Below are positions 26,112 to 39,467 of a stretch of 64,000 nt of DNA, one piece after another (positions within the stretch are counted from its first letter, which is position 1; every line of letters starts with the position of its first letter). The DNA is from Takakia lepidozioides. Lineage: Eukaryota; Plantae; Bryophyta. Position numbers and translations under genes: made by a program. Under the pieces are notes generated by a model. That model saw nothing but the letters and a program-made list of their open reading frames with translations, was not told where the DNA came from and ran no database searches. Location: positions 60,512,001-60,576,000 of the forward strand of contig CM060733.1 of the NCBI GenBank assembly GCA_030704615.1, written 5' to 3'.

Positions 26112-27211
26112 CAGATGGAACGGACAAGAAGGTGGGGGGTGGGTAGTAGAGCATTTACGGTCTGGGTAGGGGTGGCTGCAAATGAAACGGGGAGGTGTAT
26201 ATTGTCGGATTCCATTTTTGCTCTTAATCTGTGAGGGAAGCTCAGCACTGTCGTGTGCAAAGGTATGTCTACGGCAGGCATTTGTGCATTCTTTGAAGCA
26301 TCTGGTGGCTTGTATAGTTTGCTAGGTTTGTTGTGGGTGGAGTAAGTCTGGATATCTGTGTTGACGAGAACAGGTGAGCCTGTAATTGAGCGTCTGCTGA
26401 GGTGTATATGATCCAAGCAAATCACATTCTGTGGGTTTGTTTGATATGTGTTTACGAGGGCGGTCTGTGCATGACAAAGAGAAAGGGAGAAAGAGGTAAT
26501 AGTATATTCCTTTTAGGTTTTTTCACTTTTCTTGCCCTGGGAAAAGAGAGGTTGTGGTGGGTGGATTAGGGCCTTCTAGACTAACATTGTATTTTTCCTG
26601 CAGATGGCAGGCATGTGCGTGCCACAGCAATGGGTGATGATGAGCAGATGGGCACAAGCACTTGGCGCATTTGGTGTCAACCTTCATCATGGTCTTACCT
26701 TAACAGTGTCTGTGTAACCCAAAGTTCTACTGCTGTGTGCGAGGGAGCATTGGCATATGGCTAGCTTCAACATGATTGACATGTAGTGGTTTTCAAATGG
26801 GACCATCTCGTTTTCACTGCTCATGCTCTAGGCTCACTCACAAGGATCTTCATGAAAGACATTGGTTACTAAACCCTGTATGATGTTTTGTAGTTAGCAG
26901 CTTGTGCTGAGAACCTTAGTCTGGCATTTTTGTCATAGTGCCCACAGGAATCCCGCATTTTGGTCTTGTATCTTTGTTGAACTTTCATCTGAGCCTGAGC
27001 TACATACGCCAGAGTTTCAAGGTAGCTGCAATCCACAGAATCCAGAGGTGCAGACAGAAGAGGGTGGTATATGCAAAAGAGAAGAAGGCTGGTCAGACAA
27101 CAGAAGATTGGGAGCATCACGTCTGGACAAGCTCAATTCCATTAAATGTTCGAATGTGGTTCTTGTGAGACTCTGTGACTAGGGTTCAGGTATGAACTTT
27201 TCTTCACAATA

Positions 27212-30200
27212 ATGGGGATGGCAAGTCAAGCTCCACCTGCGATGGCTATGTCCAAACTGATGCACAAAAGTGCCTATGAGACTGTCGAGGAATTGGAGAG
27301 GGAGATGCAACTATCCTATTCGAGTCTGCAGTCGCTGCTCACTCCCCCCTACCATCTCTCACACTCTCCTGCCCACAGCCCCCAGCTTTCACAGGCACTG
27401 CTGTATGCAATCCTCACCAATCCTTCTTCAGCCCCTTCACACATTACTCAGCTCACAGCCATTACAACTGATGGTTATGCGTTGTTTGTCTCTCTCCTTC
27501 TTCAACTTGTCAGTGAGTCTTACCCTAAGTTGCTTGAGCAGTCGCGTGTCCAAATTCTGTGGCTTCTGAGGCAGCTGATCCCCTTAAGTGCTGTGGAGAT
27601 CGACACACTGTGCTTGTCACTTCTGCGCCAGGTGGCAGGTGGGGATTTGAGCCATGGGAATCTGTGGCTGGCGGCACAGCTTTTGGATGTGATGCGAACA
27701 AATTGGGTTTGGCTTAATGCAAGCCCTCCCTTACTTACAACAGCCCTCTACACCTATCTCCGTCTTCTGCCTGACCACGCCATGGCCAAAATCCCAAGTG
27801 TGAATGAACTCAAGCAGAACGAGACTTTGTTTTGCATCCAACTACTACGAGAACGATTCCAGGATTGCCTTGTGATTGGCCGTGACCTCATTCGCCTTCT
27901 TCAAGATGTTTCTCTGATCCCCGAGTTTGAGCCCCTATGGAGGGATTTGTTGTCAAATCCTGCAGCATTCAAGGCACCAGGGTTTGCTGATATTGCACAG
28001 CTCTATGTGGTGAGAACGCCCACTCGGTATCTAGCTTCTCGAATCACCCCAGATATGGAAACTCAAATTAGGTTCATGCTAACTCATGTGAGGATGGGGA
28101 GTCAGAGGCGTTATCAAACTTGGTTTGCCCAGCGATATCTCTCAACCCCTGAGAGCGAGACACTTGTCTGTGATCTTATACGATTCATCTGCTGTGTACA
28201 CCACCCAACCAACCAGATTTTACAGTCAGACATTGTGCCCCGCTGGGCAATCGTTGGCTGGCTGCTGAAGTGCTGTAAGAATAACCATGTAGAGGCCAAC
28301 GCTAAGCTGGCACTGTTCTATGATTGGTTGTTCTTCATGAGTAAGACTGATAATATTATGAACATTGAGCCTGCCATTCTTCTGATGGTGTATTCCATTC
28401 CAAAGTATGTCGACATGACCCACTCGCTTCTGGAGTTTCTTTTTCTGTTGATTGAGCATTATGACCCTTTCCGGCGGGAGTTGATTCAGAAGGGTGTGAC
28501 TTCATCCATTGACATATTGTGTGGCAAGGGTGTTGTTCGATCACTTGAGCCTCTCTCCTCCAGCAGTTTTGTTGCACCTTGGCTTCGTGAGAAACTGGTA
28601 TTTTATTTCCCTCTCTACTGTAAAGCTGATCCAATAGAGGCTTTGAAGCAGTCAAAGCCTGAAACATGGCATCAGGATGGGAGTCCCATGGCTAAGGGTG
28701 CTACTGCTGGAGGTTATGTTCCAGGATCGGTGTCTACAATGTCTCTGCCTTCTCTTGGTGGAGGACCAGGGGCTGGTGTAGAACTGTCCTCCATGGCCCC
28801 TGCTCTTCACAACTCAGATACACTGGGAAACAGTTCGGAGGATTCAAAGCAAAGTGATGGGGGGGAGATGGTTGACCGAAAGCGACGGCGGACAGGTGGG
28901 TGCTTTTTGGTCATTGAGGAGAGAGAGTTAGGGAATCTGTGTACAAGGGTGTGCCTGTGCCTTGTGGCTATAGAGACAGGTTATGCTTGAGGTTTTTGGT
29001 TCAACGTTTTTGTTTTCATTTTTACCTCTTTTGGTTGGGTTACTACTCTAATATGGACACAAGTCTCTCACTCATAAAACTGTTTCACTTGACCTTCCGA
29101 ATGATTTTAAGAAAGCTTGTCACATGGTGGAACACCCATGATTGAGGAGGGCGTAGCGTATGGCATTTTATTTCTTAGCTCGCAATAGCACATACAGCCA
29201 TAGATTGTACTCATAAGACGTTGTTTGCCGTAGCCTTGTGGCCATTGACCCCGCGCCCAGTTTGAGCGGGAACAAAAGGGACAGAACCTACCTCTATCAG
29301 GGGCTGACGTTGGTAGTAAGACTTACCTTCATATATAGAATTAATCCGGGTTTTCCAGATATCCTCTAGAAATCCCTTACATACAGCCATAGAGACAGGT
29401 TGTACCTCTTGCAAATGTCAGTTCTGATATATCCTCATGGGCATGATTTTCTAAGCCTCCCCAAACCTTTTGTGGGGTGTTAGCTCACCACAGTTTATGA
29501 GAGACTCCATCCCATAATCTCCCTGGGACTCTCACACTGCCAATGGCAGTGTGGGTACAGGGAGTCGAGGGAGAATGTGCTGGCATTGACCTAATGCTAA
29601 GCGTGAGGTTGATTCCATATGTGTAGCTTTTAAGTGGACAACCAATGTGGCTATGACATACCTTGAGGGCAAGGTCTGAGTCACCAACCAACCCTCATAG
29701 AGATCATCGTGAAGTTTCTGCTGATTAGGTATTTGAGACTTCATCTGAACTTGCCTTAGTGCTTGTGCCGTATGGGCACTGGGTTGGGTTCCAACCAGAA
29801 AAACATGAGGTCAATATGTGATCCCTGCCCTGCAGATATAGCCGTCTTCATGTGACTTACATGACTGAGTAGTTGTGTTGTTGGGAAAGAGGGATCATGA
29901 CGTTATGCTAAACAGAGTTACATTGCCAGGTACTGCAGAGAACCTGCTTTTACAAGTGCAAGCAAACCTCGAGGGACTTGCGGAAGCACTGACACGATCG
30001 CAAGAATCTGCAGTCAGTGCACTGGAGAAGCTTTTAGGCTCCTTCTTATCTGCCTCCGATCAAATGAACAGTGAAAAACTTGCCAAGCTTTTCTCGACAC
30101 CTGGGTCCGAAGGGGGAGGGTCAGACCCGTCATTGCCTGCATCAGCGGTCCACATGCCAGAACTCTTTTCTTCGTCTTCACTGGCTGTGTCCAAGTTTGC

Positions 30201-32963
30201 AAGCCAGGTTGTGGACATCCTGAAGAAAGGGGGTTACGAGATGTTTAGTCCGCTCACTAAAAGACCATCAGATAGGCCAGGGGGCGATGAAACCATGTCT
30301 CTGACTTCTACTCTTCTGCGACTGTATGTAGCCAATTGCCACCCACAGTTGCAGCAGTTGCTTGTGGTGTGGCATCGCAAGGGCTTGGCAGTTGGGGCGC
30401 GTTTGCTATGTTATGTGTCTAGGTGAGGTTGCACTCCACTCCACTATTCCTCTTAACTTAGATTGGCTATAGCTCCTCTAGTGCATAGCCAGGATTGGAG
30501 GTAACTGTAACCTTCCTGGGAAGTTTCTCAGCTAATTTGATTAATTGCGCAATTAAGAGGACTAAGATGAAAGACACCATGGGATTCCATGTTGGGTATA
30601 GTGACTGTATGTTTGTTGCTCGAATGTATCCTTCCACACATAGTTTTCCTCTCTTCCTTTTTTTGTCTTTGTAATAATCACAGCGCTTCCTTTCGAGTTG
30701 ACAGTAGAAACCCAAGGACTGAAACTGCCATTTTGTATATTTCGTTGGTAACTCTTATTTACTTCCTGCACTAACTTTTGCTAATTTCCTCATTGTTGAT
30801 CGCAGCTGCCAAAAGGTAGGCTCTGTAATTATCTACGTGTGAAATTCTGTATTTACTCAATAGTCAAAATCCTGATTGAAAAGAGAGAAGTCTCAATAAT
30901 TGTCATCATTTCTTATCCCATCTGAACTGTGCAACTGTGTCTAGGCTTGCGGAGGAAATTGAACCTGCAGCGTCCAGCAGCCTCAGTCTGAAGGGTTTTG
31001 CTGGAAGCCCTGAACCTGAACCAATGGCTGGCTCACTTGCCAAACTGGAAGAGGAAGGATCCGACACAGGAGGGGCTTCTACTGGGTCAGATGCTGATGA
31101 AGAAGGTGAGTTTACAGAAAGCTCTGGTGAGAGCCTCCATGAGAGTCTCAAGAATGGTGGGGGGGGGTCAGCTTTTGGTTGGCACCGGCGGGTTCAAGGT
31201 AGCCCATCTGGACTTGGGGGAGGCAACTGTCGGAAAACACGGTCACGTGACTGGCAAAATTCGAGTGAGATGCACTTGCGCCTTCGAACTGCTGTGGCGG
31301 ATGCTTTCAAAGTGTATGAAGAGTTTTTGAACCAAGTGGGCAAGGGTCCTGTGTCTCCTCCTCACTCAGGTGGGGAAGCGAATTCGATCTCAAATCACAA
31401 TTTGGTCAATAGTAAGGTAGGAGGAGAGAGATCTATAATAGTGAGAGCAGACAGCTCTGAGTTGGAGGGAGAGGGCCCTGATGGAGCCTTATTGACGCAC
31501 CTAGAGACCTGTCTTGTGTGGAACACACAGAGGTTATTGAGGGTGCTGCCTTCAGTCTTTAGATATCTCCCCGACTTGGCTACAGGAAAAGATGAAGTAG
31601 TGCGGTTGCTCATTTCAACAGTGGATCCAGTTGACCTCTTCAATTTTGAGTTTCGGTTGACTCTGGGAGAGTTCGCAGTTATGGGGGATCAACCTGAGAC
31701 TCTTGCCAAGCTCACAAAGGCCTCTCTGAAGTGGGAGTTTGTGGAACAGCAATGGTTCTGGCGGCTACTGGTGGCAGAACTCCAGGCAGGGGCACCATCT
31801 ACAACGCTACAGGTTGGTTTGAATTTGTCTATCTCATGTTATCACTTTTTTGTTCTCCTTGTGGTGAAACGATGCAGAATCACATTTATGGACCCAATTC
31901 TGCACAGCTTCCAGCCTTGGCGTGCCAAGCAAAACCACCTGGGATCACTCGAGGCTGGGTTTTAACTGCGTTATCTACTTTTCTCCTGAGGGGATTGGTA
32001 GATGAGAGGGCAACACCTTGCATAGGCCAGGCTTTCTAGAGCCAAGCTGCACAATTCTTCAACTTGCACTTGTTTTTCTTCCAAACATAAACTTGTTGGA
32101 CTAATTACTGCCTGGTCATCTCTCCCTCTGGCATTTTTGTTCTATGCAGGTGGTGAAAAGCTGCCTGGCAATGGTAAACCCACATGTGAATTTGGACGTT
32201 CTATCTGGCCTTGTCTTGCTTCTACGTTCACAGGCTCCAACAGGGCCCCTATTGAGCACAGTTCTCTCTCTCTCGCCTGCATTTGGTCGTTTTGCAGCAA
32301 TGGTTCTTGCAGGTTGGATGTCCTCTCATTATTCGCTCCTGCTTTCCTGCCTCCAGCACTTGTATGTGGGGAGCCTGCCAAAGGACAGCCGGCTTAGGAA
32401 GGGGGAAGATACCGAGGACACTAATCCCAGCCGCTTGAGGTCAGTGGGGCTCTTGAGATGCTATAGCTATATGTGCTAACGGAGCATTGTCCATGTTGTT
32501 ATATAGCAGATATTTGCATCTATCATAAAAGTCAGTGGGCCACTCTGATGTTTTTAATCTGGTTTTGCAAACTCAAAAGGTTTTATTGCATGGCATTGAT
32601 GCATAGGGTCAAGGATGGTCTTTTCATGCTTATCGGCTTGTGGAGGAATCTTATGGTTCTGTATGACTAGGATGAGTCACTATTGTCGATGTATCTGCAA
32701 TGGTGCCAGAACAGTCTTTGATAAGCCTTAATTGGTTTGTTAGGTTTGAAAGGGTGAGCAGCTCAACAATGTTAGCACTCCTTAATGCCTTCGAGGATTC
32801 TGAGAATGGGAGGATCAATGGTGAGGAAAAAAGTGCTAAAGCTGCTCGAGCAGGGGAGATCCGGCGTGCTCTTTTGAAGCTTTCAGGAAATGGGGGCCAT
32901 GGTGGGGCAATAGGGCCAGCGTCAATACAGGGCCCTAGTGAGACAGCTGGTGACAACTCCTAG
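27212..32963 (+). CDS. INTS3: Integrator complex subunit 3 (SOSS-A); exons approx. 27212-28896, 29930-30423, 30944-31812, 32150-32439, 32744-32963
   Basis: IGRDLIRLLQDV, RYQTWFAQRYL, DLIRFICCVHHPTNQILQSDIVPRWAIVGWLL, ANAKLALFYDWLFF, DNIMNIEPAILLM; later exons VGARLLCYVSR and SLKWEFVEQQWFWRLL. Later exon borders are approximate. Confidence 0.92.
29205..29378 (-). mobile_element. ~175-bp 3' fragment of LINE family A in an INTS3 intron, 15-bp TSD
   Basis: Family terminus GRGVNGHKATANNVL*; acatacagccataga at 29190-29204 and 29379-29393. Confidence 0.92.
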
Positions 32964-35939
32964 TGGAGGTAACGATCGAGACTGATGCCTTTCTTAACCT
33001 GTAACGATCAGCACAAGTACTAACCAGAACAAAGTTGGGTCAATATTAATCAGGTCAATCATGTGCAACAATTTACTTATGCCCCTCCAAAGTCTGCAGA
33101 ACAGGATGGATAGTGGCCCTTATATTTCTGTTCCTGTCAGGAGTTTCTGGTCAATAGCATGACATTCTAAGTACTTGTTGAACGGGTACAGTTTGAGACT
33201 TGTTTAGTGCTGAGAAAGATTTTCCTCATCCTTATAGAAGCTGAAGTCATTCATTTGCTACACATAGGCTTTGGAACTTTTCTGAGGTGTGTGTGCTTTG
33301 GGCAGATATGCGTTCATCAAAGTCAGCCATGTTGCAGCCTATTTATAAAGTTGTTTGCTGATGGGTTCTGGCATCCTTATTTTGGCCATCAGCCAAAGCT
33401 GGGCATTCTTGCATAGCCTTGCTGCTCAGCGGACGGTTTCATTCTTGGAGAAGAGAGTGACAAGTGGACCGATTGACAGATGTCCAAGTCATGCCGCAGG
33501 TGGTATGCTAGACCACAAAAAATTGTTTGCTGATGACTTTAGCATCCAAAGTTTGTCCACTGATCCTCGGGGGCCACTCCTGTCGAGGCACACAGTTGCT
33601 CATTGGAGAAAGAGGAGACGAACTAGGGTGGACACAGAAGGATTAGTGTTTCTCAGAGCCAGGGCCTGATGAGGCAGACATGCTGCTTATGCGGGAATAC
33701 AGCATAACTGGTGGGAACTGCTTCAGGGAGGTCAAGTTTTCACCGCTGCCATTGCCAAGGTGGTCTGTCCTGTCTTACCCAGTTTTGTGTCCTTGTGCTT
33801 TGGTGGGTTTGGCAGAAAACAAGGTGGGCATGGTTGTAAGACGAGTTTTGTTCTTAGAGCATTTTGTCAGGGGCATTGAATCCTCTGACAAAAGGTTCAA
33901 GCGCGATAAAACTCCATGTTAATTGCTAGTATGTTTCTAAGATAATAAAGTATGAAACAGCAGCAATCTCTAGGTGATAATTGCCTTAATAGACTACAAA
34001 CATGTTTGATGAGGCGCCAATGCTACGAGCACAAAGACATGAATGTGTTGGGAGGAATGCTGATCTCCCATCAACTGAAGAGTGGCTAAACTCTACTGAC
34101 AAAGAGTCTCCCGGTTGTCTCCCTGCAGGTGTAATACAGGAAAACAGGGAGCATTCTGAGCTTGTAAGCCTTGCTTCAGTGGGTATTGCATTTGCGGCAC
34201 TTAACAGAATGGTTTTTGTTTCTGTTGTGACTGTGACACTTTTTAGCAGCCGTTGTTGGCTTTGCTACCAAAGCAACCTTACCGGGTTTGAGCAGGGCAG
34301 ATTGTGCCATTTTAATCTGGCCTAAATGTTCTGTCATGTTCTGTCATTTGTTTCTTTCAGATTGAAAGTGCTGGCAAACCTGGAAAGGTTGAAGGGAAGG
34401 GGATTTTTCTCCTGCGATACCATCTGGCTGGCAAGTTCCCACCTGTAAGTGATTTTGCCAGGTTACAATACTTATCATGGAGACTTTTGGAGTAAAGGGC
34501 ACAAGCCATTGACCATCTCTCTGTGTTGATAAGAGTGAAATGGGTCCTAGTCAACTATTTGGTTCTGCCAGGGAATGTCTATGATTGCATGGATTTTGAT
34601 TTTTTGCCGGCTAGGCTACCTGGGAGATCTTCCATGCTCTGTGTTGTTGAAAGTTGTCTACAGTTTGACAGGAGCAGGGGTAATAGTGCAACTTGTCCAG
34701 GCATTATGAAATAGCTGCTACGAACTTCAAGATAAAAATGTGGATGTCTGTAAAGTGGCCATGATATGAACGTGGACAGGCAAACAGATGGGGTGAAGTG
34801 GGCCAGTCTTCTGTGTACCAGGTTGCATATTCCAACTGCTGTGGAAAGAGGGTTTTGTTCTGGAAATAGCATATATAGAATCACAGGCTGTACCATGAAA
34901 CAGGCAGGACCAGGAAACTATTGTAACAACTATACTTGAACAAAATGTAAGCAGTTGCTTTTCTCATGAGTAATACTTTGTACACTGTTCAATGCTAGTT
35001 TGCAGAACATTATTATGAATTGGAGCTAAGAGTCACATGTGTAATTGCTTCAGTCATGATTCTACATGAACTCCAAAATGCTCCGAACATGCAGCCACAG
35101 CAAAAATGATAAAATCCCTGTTTCCAGGAAGCAATCATGTGTGATGTCATTTAATACTTGCCCAACTTGAAGAAGACAATGCCCCATGTTGAACCTAGTG
35201 TAGTGTGTTGACATTCAGATGAAATAGAATGTGGCAGTGATTACTGAATTACATTGAGACACATTAGCTACTTGTTTCTGAGGGTGGAAGTCTCTATGTA
35301 GAAAATGACATTCTTCTCCAATAATTTGGGTACAGCATAAGTCTTGAATGATTAAATGAATGTAGAGTTTCATGCTGAGAAACAAATAGCTGTGATGTTG
35401 AAAAGTAGTCACAAGACCTTGTAGATGCTGATTGATACCAAGAACCAGCTTAGAGTGCTTCTGTGCTGCAGTCACAACTGCTACAACTTGGATATTCAGG
35501 AGCTACTGGTTTCTCAGACAGGCAGATCCCATTGTAAGGTTTGAAATCCAAAACGAAAGAATTGAAAATCATCTCCCATAGAAGTTGTGACGGGGCATTT
35601 CGTAGGCTTGTGTATGAACAGGAAGGAAACTTGAAGCAGCTAGCTTTTGTGACATCTGCACTAACCGTCCTAAAATTTCCATCTCCTATCAAAATCCACG
35701 TTTGATGTAAAGCCTAGTGGCCAGGTGGCCTCAAATGCCACCAATCTCTCCCTTGCTGACCTTGCTTGACATCTTCAATCAGCAGGCTAAGGTTTCGACT
35801 TGAATGCAAGGATCCGTTAAAAACCTCTATTTTCACAATGCTCTCAGTTTTCTGCTTCTATAAATGATACTTGACCATCATGTGCTGCTGCTGCTGCTGC
35901 TGTCTTTCTGTCCTCTCCCTGCATATTTTTGCTCTCACC

Positions 35940-37500
35940 TTTTTTCTTTTTTCTTTTTGGAATGGGAACAGAGGCCCATTTAATCAAATTAATAAGGAAA
36001 AGTACACAGAAGTGGAAAAAATAACCACTAGGGGGTCGTGAAGGCTTACTGAGGGGAAACCACCCCGGAACCTTAGCAAACAAGCTACTGAGCAAGTAAT
36101 GGAGCAGGGGATGCAAGAAGAGAAACAATGGGAGAGAATGAAGAAGAAATGGCGATGGGAGAGTATTAAGCATCTGGACTGCCTAGGAAAACGTAGGAAA
36201 GGTCTGCAAGCCGTTTGAGAAAAACTGACAACAGAATAGAAGTAGAGAGATACGAGCTATGTAAAGGAGCGCTCTATAGATAGGTGAGCTGGAGGAGAGG
36301 CTGCTGAAGCCGACACAGGCCCTCCGGGGAGTAATCAAGCCTTAAAGCCGCCACGTTCGGAAGGTGCATGGTTGTTATTGCCGGATTGATTTATCGATGA
36401 CGCATTGTGTCCCCTAGAGATCGTGGAATAGCGGATAGGAATCAGAATTTGAGCTGAGTCCTTGATTTGTTGTCTCTTGGCTTCTTGTGGCGCCAGTTGA
36501 ATTCGGTGTCATCGCCCTCACCAGGGGACTTCCCATTGTGAGGGGATGGCGACATTCCAGGTAAAGTTTGTGTCGGTAACACTGGTGCCGAGCAAGTTGT
36601 TTTTGCCCCAGGTGTGCGTGAAAGCTTGAAGCAGCTTCCTCCCCAGCTGTTCTGAAGTTCTGGGAAGAGCTGCACACACAATTTCAAAAGCCTTCCTTCC
36701 CTCAGTTAGCAGGACTTGGTATGTACAAAACAGCACAAATCTGCCACTGAGGGCTTTCCCCTCATACACCCAAGCACAACGCATTTTCCACAAATTCCAT
36801 AGTGTTAGTGCTCTGAGGGCGGCCCGCACAGGGCAGGAGATCTGAGATCATGTAGCCATGCGATTGAGGAGCAGCAGAAGAGGAGGAGGGGGTGAAAGGA
36901 GGGGAGTCCAAATGGAGTAGAAGGAGAGAACCATTCGCCAGACACTCCTAGACATATTGCAAAAGAGGAGAGAGTGCTCAATGGTCTCTGGCTCCGAATT
37001 GCAGATAGGGCAAAGGGGCTGGTCTTCATGAGTTTTAAATCTGACAGGCAGAATCCTGTGCGCCAGTCTCCAAAGACCCGGAAACCTTCGCCGGGCGGTC
37101 TTTCCTCCAGATATCTTTCCAGCTCCTGTTCCAGTCAAATTGATAGTTGGTAATTCAGCCACTTAGTGCATCATCTGGCATGGAAGGATCTCGTAGGGTT
37201 GAGGAGGTTGTACCCCAATTTGACCGTGTAAGCGAAAAAGGTGAGTGTTTTTTATCCATCCACTTTCACTCCCCCGGGTTGAATTGCAGATCCGCCAGTG
37301 GGCATTTGAGGAACCATACAAAATCATTGTGAACTGCCCATTCAACCTCTTGCCCATTCAACCACCTTTGGCATCCAGAACCCTTATAGGAACCAGGTGT
37401 TTTTTATCCGTCTCCGTAGAGCCCCAATAGAGAAGGTTGCCTTCAATGTCAGCTTGGAATTTCAGGCCAAAGGCGAATCCATCTCTGAAAGCCAACACTA
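35940..37500 (-). mobile_element. 5'-truncated L1-like LINE (zf-RVT region, 3' UTR and A-rich tail), degenerate
   Basis: LWRLAHRILPV...CPICNSEPETIEHSLLFC...VWRMV and TLWNLWKMRCAWVYEG are typical L1 ORF2 C-terminal motifs; T-rich tract at 35940-35958 corresponds to an A-rich tail on the minus strand. Confidence 0.8.
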
Positions 37501-37910
37501 GAATCACGAGTGGGGGGTTTTTATTGAAGGAGGGGGTTTTTATTGAAGGAAGTCATCCATGCTGGGATTGAATTTTTGGAATTTTGGTTTGATTTTTGTG
37601 GGAGGCAGTGGTTTTGCCATATAATCAGATTATGGAGGGCCTTTGTCTAGAAAGATTCAACTCGATACTGTAATTTTATGGTCAAACAATTTTTTGCATG
37701 CAATTTTTGAATACATTCACAAATTGGGGCATATTATTTTGTTATAATCTCCCAAATGCAATGGTCAATTTGCCTACATCTTTTACAGGACGTGTACATA
37801 GTAGATATGCACATAAGTATAAGGTTAAATCATTGGGGGTAACAAGTTACACCCCCATCCATAAGTGTATATACTCTTTTTTAGTGGGCCCACCAAAAAA
37901 TAGCTCGCCG

Positions 37911-38207
37911 TTTAAGCCACAAATGTCCAGTTTGTGCACCTACCATATGGCCACCCTCGTTCAAACTTTACACAAAGATTTGGCTAAGGTGCATATTAGT
38001 AAACAATGTAGAGATATGAACAAGTCAAAGACATTATTTCATATGCAACAACATCTTTAAAAAGATGTAGATTATGTGGTCGTAAAATGTGGTCTTGGAT
38101 GTCTACATTGCTTACTAATATGCTCTTGAGTCAAATCTTTATGTAAGTTTGAAGGAGGGTGGCCATATAGTAGGGCTTCTCCACAGACTGGACATTTGTG
38201 GCTTAAA
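37911..38207. repeat. Long imperfect inverted repeat (arms ~110-125 bp), foldback/MITE-like
   Basis: tttaagccacaaatgtccag...catatggccaccctc...catattagtaa.caatgtaga is matched in reverse complement by tctacattgcttactaatatg...gagggtggccatat...ctggacatttgtggcttaaa. Confidence 0.85.
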
Positions 38208-38379
38208 GTTGATACACATGTATTAGATAATTTGTGACACTTACTTCGTCATAATTGTATGTGCTCTATTGGCAAAGTACTATCATGTTTTTGCTTGAAA
38301 AGCTCATCTATTGTACCAATGCATAAAGCACTTTGCATTTTTTCTCTTTGTGCCATCAAAAACCAGAATTCATCGCTTG

Positions 38380-38780
38380 GCCGGGCGGGGCATTACACTC
38401 CCCTGTAATGCGCTGCACTGGGCAGCGAGGCTGGTGCATTACACTCGGGTGTAATGCCCGCCGGACCTTTTTCTTGCACATGCTTTATGCAGTGTAATGC
38501 CCTCCACTCAGGGCAATACACTATACATAAAGACCCGGCCAGGATTTTTTAGTTAGAGAGGATGGCGCCTTACACAAAGGAATTTTCACGCCATGTGAGC
38601 ATGGCACCTTACGCCGCGTAAGGTTCCTCCTCTCCTCCAGAGAGGAAGGCACCTTACATCGCGTAAGGTTCCTGCTCTTGTGAGCCGTCCGATTTAGATG
38701 ATCCCAGCCGTCGATGGTAAAGGAAATCCTTGGATGTGTCTTTACGCCAGGTAAGGCCCCCCTCCTAGGGCCTTACCCTA
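38380..38780. repeat. Cluster of short palindromic motifs (gcattacac/gtgtaatgc; ccttac/gtaagg), likely subterminal region of a DNA transposon
   Basis: gggcattacactcccctgtaatgc, gcattacactcgggtgtaatgccc, ccttacgccgcgtaagg, ccttacatcgcgtaagg. Confidence 0.55.
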
Positions 38781-39425
38781 TACTTAATGTTTTCAAACAA
38801 GGAATGACATGTAATATGGTATTTTTTTTCGTGACAGCTATGAATTGGATTGGAATAACCTCCTATAGAGGGATTTTGTACATTAACCTAATACTATGAT
38901 ATTCCTCAAAACACCTACTACTTACTATAGGTACATAAGTTTGTATAGGTCTTTTGGAAGCATGGGAAACTTCACTCCTATCATTTCATCACATTGATCA
39001 AGGTACACAAAAAACCTGAATCGCGCTTCCCCAGCAGCACATTCTTGCACTTTAAAATAGTGACCTCACCAAATTTCGCCCCACCCCGGCACTATCTACA
39101 GCGCGCTTGGAGAGCGACATTCCAACCACATGATCCGCTGCCCGGACAAGAACTCCATGGTCAAATGGACATGGAGTCTCTTCTTGCTACCGCCTCGGGT
39201 GGCAGGGCCCGCGGTTAGCGATGTGCCACCTCAGCCTCGCGCCATTACTCTACTATGGATATGGTGGGTTGCTGCTGGGGTTCTTGCCAGCCCACGCACT
39301 ATCTAGCTTGCCTGCCTCACCATATGCCTCACTAAAATAGTGATAGAGCCGCAGTTTAGTGAGCGACTGCTGGTCATACTCTCAGTAACTTATCCCCTCA
39401 GTGTATGGGACAGTGTGCCCAGGAT

Positions 39426-39467
39426 AGGCTTCCCGCCCTGAGTTCAAATTTCAGTTTAGTGCCGAGG
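39426..39467 (-). mobile_element. ~40-bp internal remnant of LINE family A
   Basis: aggcttcccgccctgagttcaaatttcagtttagtgccgag is nearly identical to the 4667-4706 and 56148-56188 segments. Confidence 0.7.

Noticed and set aside
33000-35900. Numerous short ORFs downstream of INTS3
   Set aside because: No recognisable motifs or consistent exon structure; treated as UTR/intergenic.
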